Numbered from the stretch's first letter, positions 13,368 through 25,884 are shown. The stretch: 63,883 bases of DNA from Octopus bimaculoides (GCF_001194135.2 NC_068983.1:72006873-72070755), one strand, 5' to 3'. The notes: generated by a model from the sequence alone, not told the origin. Numbers and translations: made by a program.

Positions 13368-13900
13368 CTGGAAAAATAACAAAAGAATCAAAACTTGTCA
13401 TGAAAGAAGATTATTAATGCATTCATATACAGATTAGTCTCAAACTAATAGAAATTAACTGAATATAGAAGATACGCATATATCATAAAACATTTTAAAA
13501 CAGCCTAGGAATACAAGCTGGGCTAAGTTCCATTTCACTGAAACCAAAATTTAGTAAAATTCAGATATTCTTTTGTTTTTTTTTTTTAATTAAACCATAA
13601 AAAATTAACACTGAAAACAAATGTAAGTGTTGCAGTTGTTCAGTTGTCAACTCCCATGGAGCAGTTCAAAGGCATTCAAGCCATGACTATGTTTTTGTTT
13701 TTTCCTTTTTAAGAAACTGTGTATTTATGAAAACATTAGCCAGTGTGTTTTTTTCTTTTTGTGAGACTGGAAGATGCAATTTGAAGTAGATTTGCTTGCT
13801 ATTTGTAGCAATTTGAGAGACTGCACAAAGGCTCTTCCATGAGCTTGTGTCAGAGGATTAATATATGTTTGCAAGTAGCATGTGCGCACACACACACTTG

Positions 13901-13964
<64 letters not shown>

Positions 13965-14368
13965 AAATAGAAATAATGGGTTACTTTATACATTTATTTA
14001 TTTCTGCTTTCTTTATGTATCACTCTGTAAAAACATACTATCTTAACTGGGTAATGCAACCACAGATTTACAAATTTGACTGGTGATGGACTTTGACTTT
14101 GGCTTTCAACCTCAGATTACCCGGAGTACAATACAGATCACAAGACTTTTTTTGTTAACCTGGTGAATTTTATCTGCAGAGAGATTAAGAAGTAGTTTGC
14201 CTGGATTACTATTCCTTATTAATCCCTCTTTGTTTTGATAAGTATGTGTGTGTGTATCTATCTGTCTGTCTGTCTGTCTATCTCTCTCTCACTCTAGATA
14301 TATATATGGAGATGTATACTTTATTATTAAAGCTGCAAAAACATCACAAAAATATCACAAAAGAACTT

Positions 14369-14547
14369 CTACTCAGAGTTTCATGTTCCTGTTTGTCAGG
14401 CAGATATGATCCAGATTCTGAATCATATCTGCCTAATAAATGGGAATGTGAAACTCTGAGTAGCACAAAAAGCTGCTACTCAGAGTTTCACTTTCCCGCT
14501 TGTCAGGCAGATGTGATCCAGAACGGAAATGTGAAACTCTGAGTAGC
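14369..14547. repeat. Tandem pair of related hairpins sharing CTACTCAGAGTTTCA/TGAAACTCTGAGTAG arms
   Basis: Hairpin 1 (14369-14463) has 42-nt arms; hairpin 2 (14475-14547) has ~24-nt arms. Pairing checked base by base. Confidence 0.9.
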
Positions 14548-14940
14548 TGTTTTTTTTGTGATGTTTCTATGGCTTTAATAATAAAGCATATTACTCTACC
14601 TCTGAAATTTGAGCACTATTTTTTCCCCCATCTTGTTTCACATTTATGTTCTTACCCTGGTATCTCACTCTCTCTCTATATATATATGTGTGTGTGTGTA
14701 TGCATATATAAATACATACACATGTTAAACAAACTATTCATTATACTTTAATTACTTCACATTCCCTGTTCAATTACACATTCATCAGACATCAATGTAA
14801 TTTTACATGATTACTGAATAAAAATTTGTAAAACATCTGTTATGGTTATACAGGAAAAGGCCATTACATAAGGCATAAATGTTGATAGACATAAATAATT
14901 TATTCCTCTTTGCATGACACAATAATAGGAGAATGAAAAT

Positions 14941-16805
14941 CATCATCATCGTTTAATGTCCGCTTTCCATGCGGGCATGGGTTGGACGGTTTGACTAAGG
15001 ACTGGCAAGCCAGAGGCTGCACCAAGCTCAATCCGATCTGGCAAAGTTTCTACAGCTGGATGCTCTTCCTAACATCAACCACTCCAAGAGTGTAGTGGGT
15101 GCTTTTTACATGCCACCGGCATGAGGCCAGTCAGGCAGTTCTGGCAACAACCACGCTCAAAAGTTGTTTTTATGTGCTACCTGGACGGGAGCCAGTCCGG
15201 TGGCACTGGCAATAACCATGCTCGAATATTGTTTTTCACGTGCCACCGGCACATGTGCCAGTAAGGCGACACTGGCAACGATCATGCTCAAATGGTGCTT
15301 TTCATGTGTCACGAGCATGGGAGCCAATCCATGGTCCTGGCAACGATCATGCTTGGATATGCTTTTAACGTTCCACTGGCACGAGTGCCAATCAGGCGGT
15401 ACTGTCATCTGCCACGTCAGCAATTTTGATTTTGATTTCACTTGCCTCAACAGGTCTTCACAAGCAAGGTTTATTGTCCAGTAAATGAGGGGTATTCATA
15501 AATGGGCTGGTTACACCCACCGGCATAGGCCATGGGCTATGGTCTCACTTGGCTTGTCAGGTCTTCTGAAGCACAGCATATCTCCAAAGGTCCCAGTCAC
15601 TAGTCATTGCCTCAGTAAGGCCCAATGTTCAAAGGTTGTGCTTCACCACCTCATCCCAGATTTCTTGGGTGTACCTCTTCCACAGGTTCCCTCAACTGCT
15701 AGGGTGTAACACTTTTTCACACAGCTGTCCTCATTCATGTGCAACACATAACCATACCAGCGCAGTCGTCTCTCTTGCACACTACATCTGATGCTTCTTA
15801 AATGCAACTTTTCTCTCTGGGTGCTTACACTCTGTCGTGTATGTACACTGACATTACACATCCAGCGAAACATACTGGCTTCATTCCTTGTATGCTTACG
15901 CATGTCCTCAGCAGTCATGACCCATGTTTCACTACCATATAGCATTGCTGTTCACACACATGCGTCATACAGTCTACCTTTTACTCTGAGCGAGAGGCCC
16001 TTTGTCATCAGCAGAGGTAGGGGCTCTCTGAACTTTGCCCATTCTTATTCTAGCAGCTACACTTTCAGAGCATCCACCCCAGCTACTGACTTGATCACCT
16101 AGGTAACAGAAGCCATCAACTACTTCTAGTTTTTCTCCCTGAAATGTGACAAAAACTGTTCTCTGCACATTTTCTGTGCTTATAGCACCTGAGCATCTGC
16201 TACATACAAAACCTATCTTCCCAGTTAGCCTTCCTTTGATATTGCTGCACCTCTTATGAGTCCATATCTTACACTGGGTACATCTTATGGAGTTTCTACC
16301 TATGCCTTTTCTACAGATCAAGCAGGGCCATCTACCTGAAGGGATTTGTGGTTTGTCTGCATTCCTACTTATTAAGACTTTGGTTTTAGCTAGGTTGACT
16401 CTAAGGCCCTTCGGTTCTAATCCTTGCTTCCACATCTGAAATTTCTCCTCCAGTTCTGATAGTGACTCAGCTATAAGAGCAATGTCATCAGCATAGAGGA
16501 ACTCCCAGGGGCATCCTGTCTTGAATTCCTGTGTTATTGCCTGGAGGACTATGATAAATAAGAGGGGGCTGAAGACTGATCCTTTGTGGACCCCTATCCC
16601 TACTCAGAATTCTTCACTGTACTCGTTGCCAACCCTCACCTTACTGACAGCATCCCTGTACATGACAAGACTTGAGCAGCTCTCACTAACCATTCATCTA
16701 TCCCTAGTTTCCTCATTGACCACTAGATAAGGGATCAGGGGACCCTGTCAAAGGCTTTCTCCATGTCAACAAAAGCCAGGTACAGAGGTTTATCTTTGGC
16801 TAGGT
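14941..16805 (-). mobile_element. 5'-truncated RTE-clade LINE: RT C-terminal half with PHD insert, subrepeated 3' UTR and (GAT)n tail
   Basis: YADD at 16495-16484. RTE motifs FCYLGD, MLYGSETW and ERRLRWYG. TSD ATGAAAAT at 14933-14940 and 16806-16813. Frameshifted. Confidence 0.9.
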
Positions 16806-17099
16806 ATGAAAATAATGAATGAAATAAAAAAGGGAAATGTGGTGTTTGAAAAAGATAATAAAATGGCAAAAAACTAAGAAAGTTAGAGTTGGGGAAAAAG
16901 TAATAAAAGGAATGTTGCTGTTGAGGACCTAATTGAAGTATCAGTTCTAAGAGACCAAAATGTATTTCTTAAAGAAATGCCTAAATTATCCAACCATGAA
17001 AGATCTAAAAATAGAGATAACCAAAGTGTGATGAGTCAAAGTAGAAGTGTTCCCTGTAAAAGAGGTACCTTGGGTATGATGAAAGATTTACATAGCTCA

Positions 17100-18190
17100 A
17101 ACCCAAGACCTATGTGTCCTCAATGGGGCAATGAAAACATGCAATAAAAATATTAGAGGAACTAGGAAGCTGTACACAAGGCACAATGCAGACCATCTAC
17201 TTAACAAGGCTGGATGGAGGCAGAAGATTGCAAAATATAGAAGACAGTGTTAGTACTGTGATACTGGGGTTGAAAAATTATGTTGTGTGTAGTGAAGAAA
17301 GAATAATATCAGTGGTTAGAACTGTCCAAAACGTTACTGAAACACTACAAAAATTCAAGAATGGAAGGATGAACAGAGCACACAGATGGAAAGAAATTGA
17401 AATACATGGCCAATTCATACAACAAACTGGGGATGCTGGAAGTAAACAATACTAGCCATGGCTGATGGATGAAAACTTGAAACAAGAAAGCGAAATACTA
17501 ATTATAGTAACTCAGGAACAAGTCGTTATGATGAATCTCATAAACACAAAGATCAACAAAATTCAGAGAGCAAATGTAGAATCTGCAGGAAAAGAGATTA
17601 AAATACTAATCATCTCTTGAGTGAGTGCAATAAGCTAGCACAAAAGAATATAAGCACAAACATGACAGCACTGAGATATCAGCAAAGTGTGTGGCTTCAA
17701 AATAATAGAAAAGTGATGTGAACATAAACCAGAGGCTATGACAGAAAATAAGAATTACAGGATTTTTATGGGACTTCTCCATAAAAATTGAACTTACTAT
17801 TAAAGACTAGATATGATTATAGAGAACAAAAGAAATAAGCAGTGTAAGATCAGAGACTTTGCAATACAATATGATGAGAGTGGATACCAAAGAAACTGAA
17901 AAAAATTGAGACCTAGCCAGTGAGATAAAGATATTGTGGAAAACTAAACCAACAGTTATTCCTGCTGTAATTGGTGCTTTTGCCACAACATCCAAACTAA
18001 TATCTAAGAGTCTGAAAGATATTAGAATTGAAACTTGCATTCTTGACCTGCAGAGAAGTACAATGCTATACCCTGCAAGAATCTTAAGAAAGATTCTTAT
18101 ATTTGAAGCAACTTGTTATCACCAAGTCTAAAGACAATGTCCCTACTAATCAAATTAGCTTGTGACAGCTTTGGAATAATAATCCATTCT
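17100..18190 (+). mobile_element. Decayed R4/Dong-like non-LTR retrotransposon, 3' part
   Basis: Residual IYLTRLDGGRRLQNIED, a CRIC...NHLLSEC zinc knuckle, and a restriction-like endonuclease C-terminus (VIPAVIGAFATTSK...LQRSTMLYPARILRKIL). Ends near a short TAA repeat. Confidence 0.75.
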
Positions 18191-18837
18191 GATTTAGGCA
18201 CAAGGCCTGAAGCTTTAGGGGAGGGGGCTAGTTGATTATATTGACCCCAGTTCCTGATTGGTATTTATTTTACCAATCCAAAGACAACTTTGGTAGAATT
18301 TGAACTTAGAAAGAAAAGATAGACATAATGCCACTAAGCATTCAGTCCAGTTTGCTAATGATTCTGCCAGCTCACTGACTGACTGGATGATGATGATGAT
18401 GATGATGATGACTAACTTTGACACAGGGTCACACATTTTTAGTGGAAGGAATGTTGTTGATTATATTAATCTCAGTACTTGCGTGCTATCTTACAAACTC
18501 CTGAATGATGAAAGGCAAAGTCAACCTCAGCAGTATTTGAACTTACAATATAAGGAAATGTAGCTAACATGACAAAGCATTTTCTCTAGTACATTACTAA
18601 TTCTGTCACACTGAAAGAAGAACATAACCATAGTGCTGTAATCCTGTTGGCTTCTCATTCAGTTGAAGCATGTGAGGCTTTAGTAGTCTGACAGAATGAC
18701 CTCATCTGTGACATAATTCTATGCAAAGAATACAAAGAAACTCAAATAGAGATTCCATCTAAATTTCATCCAATTTGGTGTTTGCAGTCATGGAAACAAG
18801 TTCAATTCTTTTCATTGTATTATTTAAAAAGTTATAA

Positions 18838-18875
<38 letters not shown>

Positions 18876-18990
18876 NNNNNNNNNNNNNNNNNNNNNNNNN
18901 NNNNNNNNNNNNNNNNNNNNNNNNNNNNNNNNNNNNNNNNNNNNNNNNNNNNNNNNNNNNNNNNNNNNNNNNNNNNNNNNNNNNNNNNNN

Positions 18991-19266
18991 AGCAACAAGA
19001 ATTCAATAGGTTATAGCAGTAAGTACGTTTCCTACAAACTTCATTTATTTATGTAGTGAGAACACCACATAAGATGTGCAATGAAAATGTACTCCTCAGC
19101 TGCATAATGGAAGTTCAATTTTAGTAAGTCTAAAATTGAACTTCCATTATGCAGCTGAGGAGTACATTTTCATTGCACATCTTATGTGGTGGTGTTCTCA
19201 CTACATAAATAAATGAAGCTTATAGGAAACGTACATACTGCTATAACCTATTGAATTTTTGTTGCT
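18991..19266. repeat. 276-bp near-perfect palindrome (134/137-nt arms, 5-nt loop) flanked by (TA)n
   Basis: 18991-19124 is the reverse complement of 19130-19266 with 4 substitutions and one 3-nt indel. The left end is cut by an N gap. Confidence 0.95.
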
Positions 19267-19272
19267 TTTCTT

Positions 19273-19309
<37 letters not shown>

Positions 19310-19329
19310 GTATACATATATATAGTTAA

Positions 19330-19515
19330 TAAAAGAAAATGGAGAAAAATCAACAACGTGAGGACATGGTAGACGCAAAGCATTAATAAAACACTTAGGA
19401 AAGGAAAGAAAAGGTGTTTTACATTTTGAGCAAAGCTCTCCTTCAGAAACAGGAGACAGAGGAAAGTCCAAGAGAAAAAGAAGACAGAGGAAAAAGTCAC
19501 CAACAATCCACATGT
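19330..19515 (-). mobile_element. Repeat fragment with a decayed minimal hammerhead motif
   Basis: Minus strand 19451-19415 reads TGTTT-CTGAAGG-A-GAGC-TTT-GCTC-AAAAT-GTA-AAACA. The fragment sits between (TA)n and (CA)n. Confidence 0.55.
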
Positions 19516-19518
19516 AGT

Positions 19519-19557
<39 letters not shown>

Positions 19558-19699
19558 GCACACACACACGTGCACACACACATGCACACATACATACACA
19601 CACATATATATTCTCACACATACATATATATACTTTATTTTAAAATCTCTACAAATTCCTTCTATAATTTGAATTGCTGTATGCTTATTAGATGAGAGT

Positions 19700-19740
<41 letters not shown>

Positions 19741-19750
19741 NNNNNNNNNN

Positions 19751-19788
<38 letters not shown>

Positions 19789-22686
19789 AAGACAGAAGGA
19801 GTGGGAGGGTGTATGTCTGCACAAGTAAATATTTTCCTATTTTTTCTTTTCGCCTTCCAAAATCTTTGACATTCATAAATACAGACTGACTTTTAGCTTT
19901 AAGATCAATTTCTTGATTTAAAACTAGGTCTATATCTGAATTTAGTTAATATCTGTGTCAATATGATAATCAGGTTTTTCATAAGAGTTTTGGGAATCAT
20001 CAATGGTAAAATGGAATTAAAAATTTTTTTTTTATTTAAAATATGCTAGATAACATCCATGCTGTGAGAACTTTGGAATATCAAACAGAATATTAATGAG
20101 TTGTTTTGCTATTTTACTGAAGGAAAAGTGAAATGGTATTCACCTATTTACATCTTTCTTTAGTGGTAAGGATGAGATAGAAACAGAAATTTTATATAGA
20201 TTATAAGTATCTCATAATTTATTCACATATTTATAAATTTAACCAGGTACAAGCAAGACATTTTTACTTACATTTATTTTAAATGGTTTTTTTTACGTAA
20301 AAAATAGAAAAAATAGCTTGAAGAGATTTATTCTGTGATTCCTCATTTCACAAAAGATTAAGAAAGTCAAATATGAAAGAAAATTATTGCAAGTTAATTT
20401 ATACATAAAACAGGTGTAAGAAAAATGAGAAAAAATGTTGACATATATTTATATCAAACTGTTTCTTTTAGATCTTTCATTTCTACATTTTGAGTTTGTT
20501 GATTTCACAGATTCAAACTTCAAAACATTTTACAACTCCAATAGCAAATCACTATTAATAACAACAGCAACAACAACAACAACAACAAAATACAACTTAA
20601 TTTAGAGGCTATAACTAACAGTATCAATATTTTAGATAAGACAGAAGATAAATGATTTCAAGATAATACTCTAAAAGATGGCATTAGACACTTTCAAGAG
20701 AACAATTTCTGAAGTATGTGGTGGAAGAAATACATTGAGGAAGATTTTCTACAACCAAAGGTTCTTCGTGTTGTCAATACTTACTTTTAATCTCAAGTAA
20801 GTCATTTTCATTTCTCTGATCCTCGCTAATCAAAAGTGACAAAGCTGTTGAGTTACAGAGCTTTTGTTTACTCAAATGGTGTTAATGAAGATGTGAAAAA
20901 TTAATATTCACACACACACACACACAAGCAGCATAGTGACTGAAAGTTTTTAGACTAGATAAAAAAAAATAATGTATTCAGTTAATTGCATCTATGTTGC
21001 GCTCAAACATCTTATCGCCTTTTGGTTACTCTCAAATAACGTGCACATGGGAGAAAAAAAGCATCAATTTCTTACTTTTTACGAAAAAAAGAAAAAAAAA
21101 ACAAACTGAATTGTGCCCCAAAGGAACTTTGAAGAAGAAGATGTTTTGATATTTTTCTTTTAGGTTTGATTTCTTGAAGAATTAACCTCAAAATGTCAGC
21201 TTCCTCTTTATTTTCTATAGATTCAAATTCACTGCTATTTTGACATTTAAACAATAAAAATTGAGAACGAGGAGATGAGGAACCCCTCTTATTAAGTTAT
21301 TCTAGCTAGCTAAGCATGTCACTAATTCTTTTATGATCCATTCTGAAGTATTAAGCATCCATGCAAACATTATCAAAATGTCTTGAAATATTTTTTAATC
21401 CTTTGTATGACAAATTACTCTTGACAACATTTGTGGTTACTTTCAAACTACTTTAAGCCGCTATAACATAAAAATCAAATAAAAGAACATCTATATGCCT
21501 ACATAACATTTTCAATTCACTACCACAGAATATATTTGTTATATAACATTTTTACATTCATTACAACTCAACTTACCTGCTATTTAGCAAAATGTCTTAC
21601 AACTGTTTCTTTTAAATTGAAATTTTACAAACTTTTTTGTTTTATGTTCACTTGTTAATTTTCATTTATCTTAACATTCACTTAGTAGTAAAACACTTTT
21701 TTTATTTATAGAAATACATTCATCTCAAAACAATTTAGAATTATATTATCAATAAGAAATTGCTTTCTTAAGAGTTTGTATGGATTTAGATATGAATAAA
21801 ATTAACTTGTATATAACTTGTGTATGCTTTGAAATTTTTAAAGAATATATGAATATATATTTCTAAGTTGCACTTCTTTGGCAAGTGATTGGATGTGAAT
21901 TTAGCTGTGAAACTAAAACTGCCAGATCAGAGTAGAAGGATATTCTCATTTAGAATACTTAACTCACTCTCTTTTTCTTTCTATGTCTCTTTCTCCTATA
22001 AACATGCACAGCCATGTGTGTATAGGTTGATTGGCAAAAGTAGGGAAAAGAAAATTGAATTGGCAAGTGACAAAGACTTCTGATGCATTCAAAAAGTTAT
22101 CCAAGATTTAGCAAAGCAAGAAATCTCTAATTTGTGACATATGGTTTTCTCAATTCTAGAATATTATCTGCCCACTCTTTTATACTTCTATGAAACACAC
22201 TATTTGCAAACCAAGAAAGGATGCTTGACACATTTGACTACGAATATCCTTGCAAAACCCTGGACATTAAACAACAATGATCTTTTACATTAAGGAAGTG
22301 GTGACACAGAGGACTTGATTATGCTGCAAGACTCCTCTAACTAGATCTCGCAGCAAAAGCTGAAGTAACAGACTGAACTAAAAAGCTTGCATAGAGATGA
22401 AATGACAACATAAGAGCAAAACAGGATAAGGAACTTTAAATACCATGTGATTAACTTAATGGGTGGAGATTCTGGCACAGAGACATCATGATGACAATAA
22501 AAATATTTATCCCACCACAGTTTGCTGAACCAACTTACGAGTATTTTAAGAAGCAATCCTATGATAAATGATATTCCAGTTGTGACCATCTGTCAAACTT
22601 GGTGCATAAGAAAATCGGACATTTCATCCTTAATGACCTGATATATATACAGTGTGTGTGTGTATGGTATTGTATATATCTATCTC

Positions 22687-22735
<49 letters not shown>

Positions 22736-22757
22736 NNNNNNNNNNAAGTATATAGAA

Positions 22758-24830
22758 CTAGCAGGCATACCCGGCATTACCTGGATGCATTAGTTTGAAA
22801 AGGCTGCCAAACTAATAAAGTGATTAACACCCCCTCCCTTAAGCACCTTTCATGCTTTATGGTAAGAGTAACACCTAAGTAACTCTTTAAGGGAACCACA
22901 CTTGTAATATTACGACAACAATCAAGTGAAAAAACAAAGCAACAAAAATTATTACAGCAATAATGTAGGACTGAAATATGGCACCAGTACGGCAAGTCTA
23001 CAAAATTTCCTTATAAACAGCATTTTTAGTTTTCCCCTGGGGGATGAAGACATGTAAACTGTTTCTACAACCCACTCTTGAGCAGCCAATGTACAGGTAA
23101 CCATGTGAAAAGCATTGTTCGGCTAAGTAAAGTCCAACAACAGACAGCGACTGCCCCTGGGACTTATTAATGGACATGGCGTAATTGAGTCTAATTTGAA
23201 ACTGCACTCTGCAGAATGTGAACGGTAAGTCAGCAGCCAAAGGCACAAGGGGAATTTGCAGTATAAAAACATCTTGACCATTACCACAGACAGTCATAAT
23301 CGTTGCTTCAATGACATTGGGAAGTAATTTTGTGATAACAAGGCGTGTACCATTGCACAATGTCAGTGGATTTAAATTCCTTATCGGCATAACAGGGCTA
23401 CCTACTTTAAGAGTAAGAATATGTGGAGGGACACCTGAAGGCTCCAAGGAATTCAAAAATTCAGTGGGATAATCAACTACCTCATCCTAATTGGGAATTT
23501 GGGAATGGTGTCACGTCCCCAGGCAAATGCAGTAAGAGGCTGTTGTTGATTGCACTGACACAACATTTTTAGGAACCAATATGGCTCTTTGGCAAAACCA
23601 ATCTAGATATCCGTTGTGGATTCCTAGGCCTGGGAAGACCTGGTCCTGAAGACTCTGGATAGTACTGGCTATTGTGCAAATGTTACTTATGTCAACATCT
23701 TCATCTCCGTCTTCTGGAACTTCATCATTGCCAAGAAAGAGAATGTCTCTCGCAAAATCTTCTGACAATGGATCTGCATGGAGGCACGCTCTCATGTTAG
23801 ATTCTAACTTTAAAGTAACAACATGACCCCATAGAGGTGAAGACTTAAGGCACGCCATTACTTCATCTGCCCTTGTGCGTTTCGGAATCATTGGCAAGGT
23901 TTGTTTAAAGTCCCCAGATAGCAAGACAATGACACCTCCCATTGGTTCATGGCTTTCCTTTATGTCTTGCAAAGTTCTATCTAATGCCTCAAGGGTACCC
24001 TTGTGAGCCATTGTGCGTTCATCCCAAACAATCAAGCGGCATTGTGGGAGAAATTGCCCGTTGTCCAACGTCTTTGAAATGTTACAAATAGGCATTGATG
24101 AACTTGCGGGGTTAAGGGGAAGCTTAAATGTAAAGTGTGCAGTCCTACCACTAGGGAGCAGAGTAGCAGCTATGCCCAAAGTTGCCACAGCAATTGTGAT
24201 GCACTTTTGTAGCCTTACTTTTGCAAGAATGAGTCTAGTTACGAACGTTTTGCCTGTCCCACCAGGAGCATTAATGAAGAAAATGCTACCTTTACGAGAT
24301 TGGACTTGCTGAACGATAGTGTCGTAGGCATGCTTCTGGTCAGGTAGAAGGAGTGCCTCATTGATCTGTACATATGTGGATAATTCAGTAATGTCGCAAG
24401 ATGTTTTCCAAACAAACTCAGATGGAAGATCATTTGAAGTAGGCTTTGCAGGGGGTCGGAGCCCGTAAGTGGTCATTACATCACCACCTAAAGCTAAAGT
24501 CTTGTTTTCAATCTCAATCAGTGCTAGGTTGTATATTGTATCGGTGAAACCATACTCAACTTCATTTTTACCAAATAATTTACAAAGGAGGGAATGGGTT
24601 ATTTCCCTTGGAAGCTTAAAAATAATTATGCCTGCCATTTACCTGTGCCCAAATGTTCTTCCTCCACCGTTTACCTAAACATTTTTCGAAATCAATTTAT
24701 ACTTAAAACCTCCCCAGACATATAAGCAACGTGCATGTGAAGTTAAAGAAAAATTAGTTGAGCCGTTTTGGTGCAAAATGAGGACATACCGATACGCACA
24801 CATTCACATTTTCAGTTTTAATATGTAAGA
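22758..24830 (-). mobile_element. Helitron deletion derivative (2073 bp): both termini intact, frameshifted PIF1-type helicase, no Rep domain
   Basis: Minus strand begins TC (24830-24829) after an A and ends CTAG (22761-22758) before a T. Degenerate GC-rich hairpin CCCGGCATTACCTGG at 22770-22784. Helicase motifs APGGTGKT, GIAATLLPSGRTAH, VWDE, SGDFKQTLP, MSINKSQGQSL and FSHGYLY. Confidence 0.9.
22998..24638 (-). pseudogene. Helitron PIF1-like helicase pseudogene (ORF pieces 23511..24638 and 22998..23456)
   Basis: SF1B helicase motifs are split over frames, with frameshifts around 23456-23580. Confidence 0.88.
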
Positions 24831-25642
24831 TATTTCCACAAGTTCATTGTTGTTATTGTTTAGAAGTAAACAAAAAACAAAAAAATGTATTTTGAATAAA
24901 TTTATGTTCCATGGAAGAGAATATAATTTTCTATGCCTGGAGCTTTCATGCTATTGATAACATTACATGTAACACATTTTGATGAAGGCAATATCTCAAA
25001 ATTTATGTAAGACAAGATTGTATTCATTTTTCACAGACTGCAGTCAATGAAGAGCGTCAAACTATGTGATTTACAATATTTACATCTGTGAGGGCAATGG
25101 ATAGCAAAAGCATTTGATTATTAAATTAAATCTTTCATAGTATTTAGTTGTGTTACTACACTGAAATTAATCTTTGCCAAAAGGCTGAGAAAGAAGAAAG
25201 CGTTTGGAAGTGCTGCATTATGTTCTGAGTTCAAATTGATTGATATAAGATGATTAGAAATAATAGGGGGTCAAGGTATACTTATTATAATTAAGAAAGT
25301 TATATATATAATGGAAGGATGAATAGTTGTTTTATTTAATATTAATATAATTATTATTATTTGTATTATCTTTATTATTTACTTAAATAGCTTAAATTAT
25401 AGAGCATAACATTGAAGGTGTTAAGGTGATAATAATTATTTTTAAGTGAGTATATATAAAAGATATATTTTATCAATACTGGTTCATTTGTGTATATCTC
25501 TCTCTGCCTTACAAGTTCCAAACAACACTCAACAACTACAAACCCTCAAACAAAAAAGGGAATCTCAATGTAGTCAATCTGCAAGAAATAGCATTCAAAT
25601 CATCCTTAAAGCACACTCTGCCATCTCTGAATAATGCCCTCC

Positions 25643-25792
25643 ACTTCTTGGATGGGAAAGGGCACTCATGGCAGACTGAGTACATGCTCCAAATCAGATT
25701 TGAGCCTGGTGTAGGCACCTGGTTCACCAGTCCCCAGTCAAATCGTCCAACCCATGCTAGCATCGAAAGAGGACATTAAACGATGATGATGA

Positions 25793-25796
<4 letters not shown>
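25643..25796 (+). mobile_element. RTE LINE 3' tail, (GAT)n running into a long (TA)n/(CA)n tract
   Basis: gtccaacccatgctagcat...gacattaaacgatgatgat matches the 14941 end. Confidence 0.8.
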
Positions 25797-25875
<79 letters not shown>

Positions 25876-25884
25876 TATATATAT

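Noticed and set aside
22080-22640. Possible Tc1/mariner transposase remnant
   Set aside because: Only a vague resemblance to an SPDLNP-like region, with no clear terminal inverted repeats or DDE motif.
22998-24638. Host PIF1 helicase gene
   Set aside because: Intronless, frameshifted and enclosed by Helitron termini.
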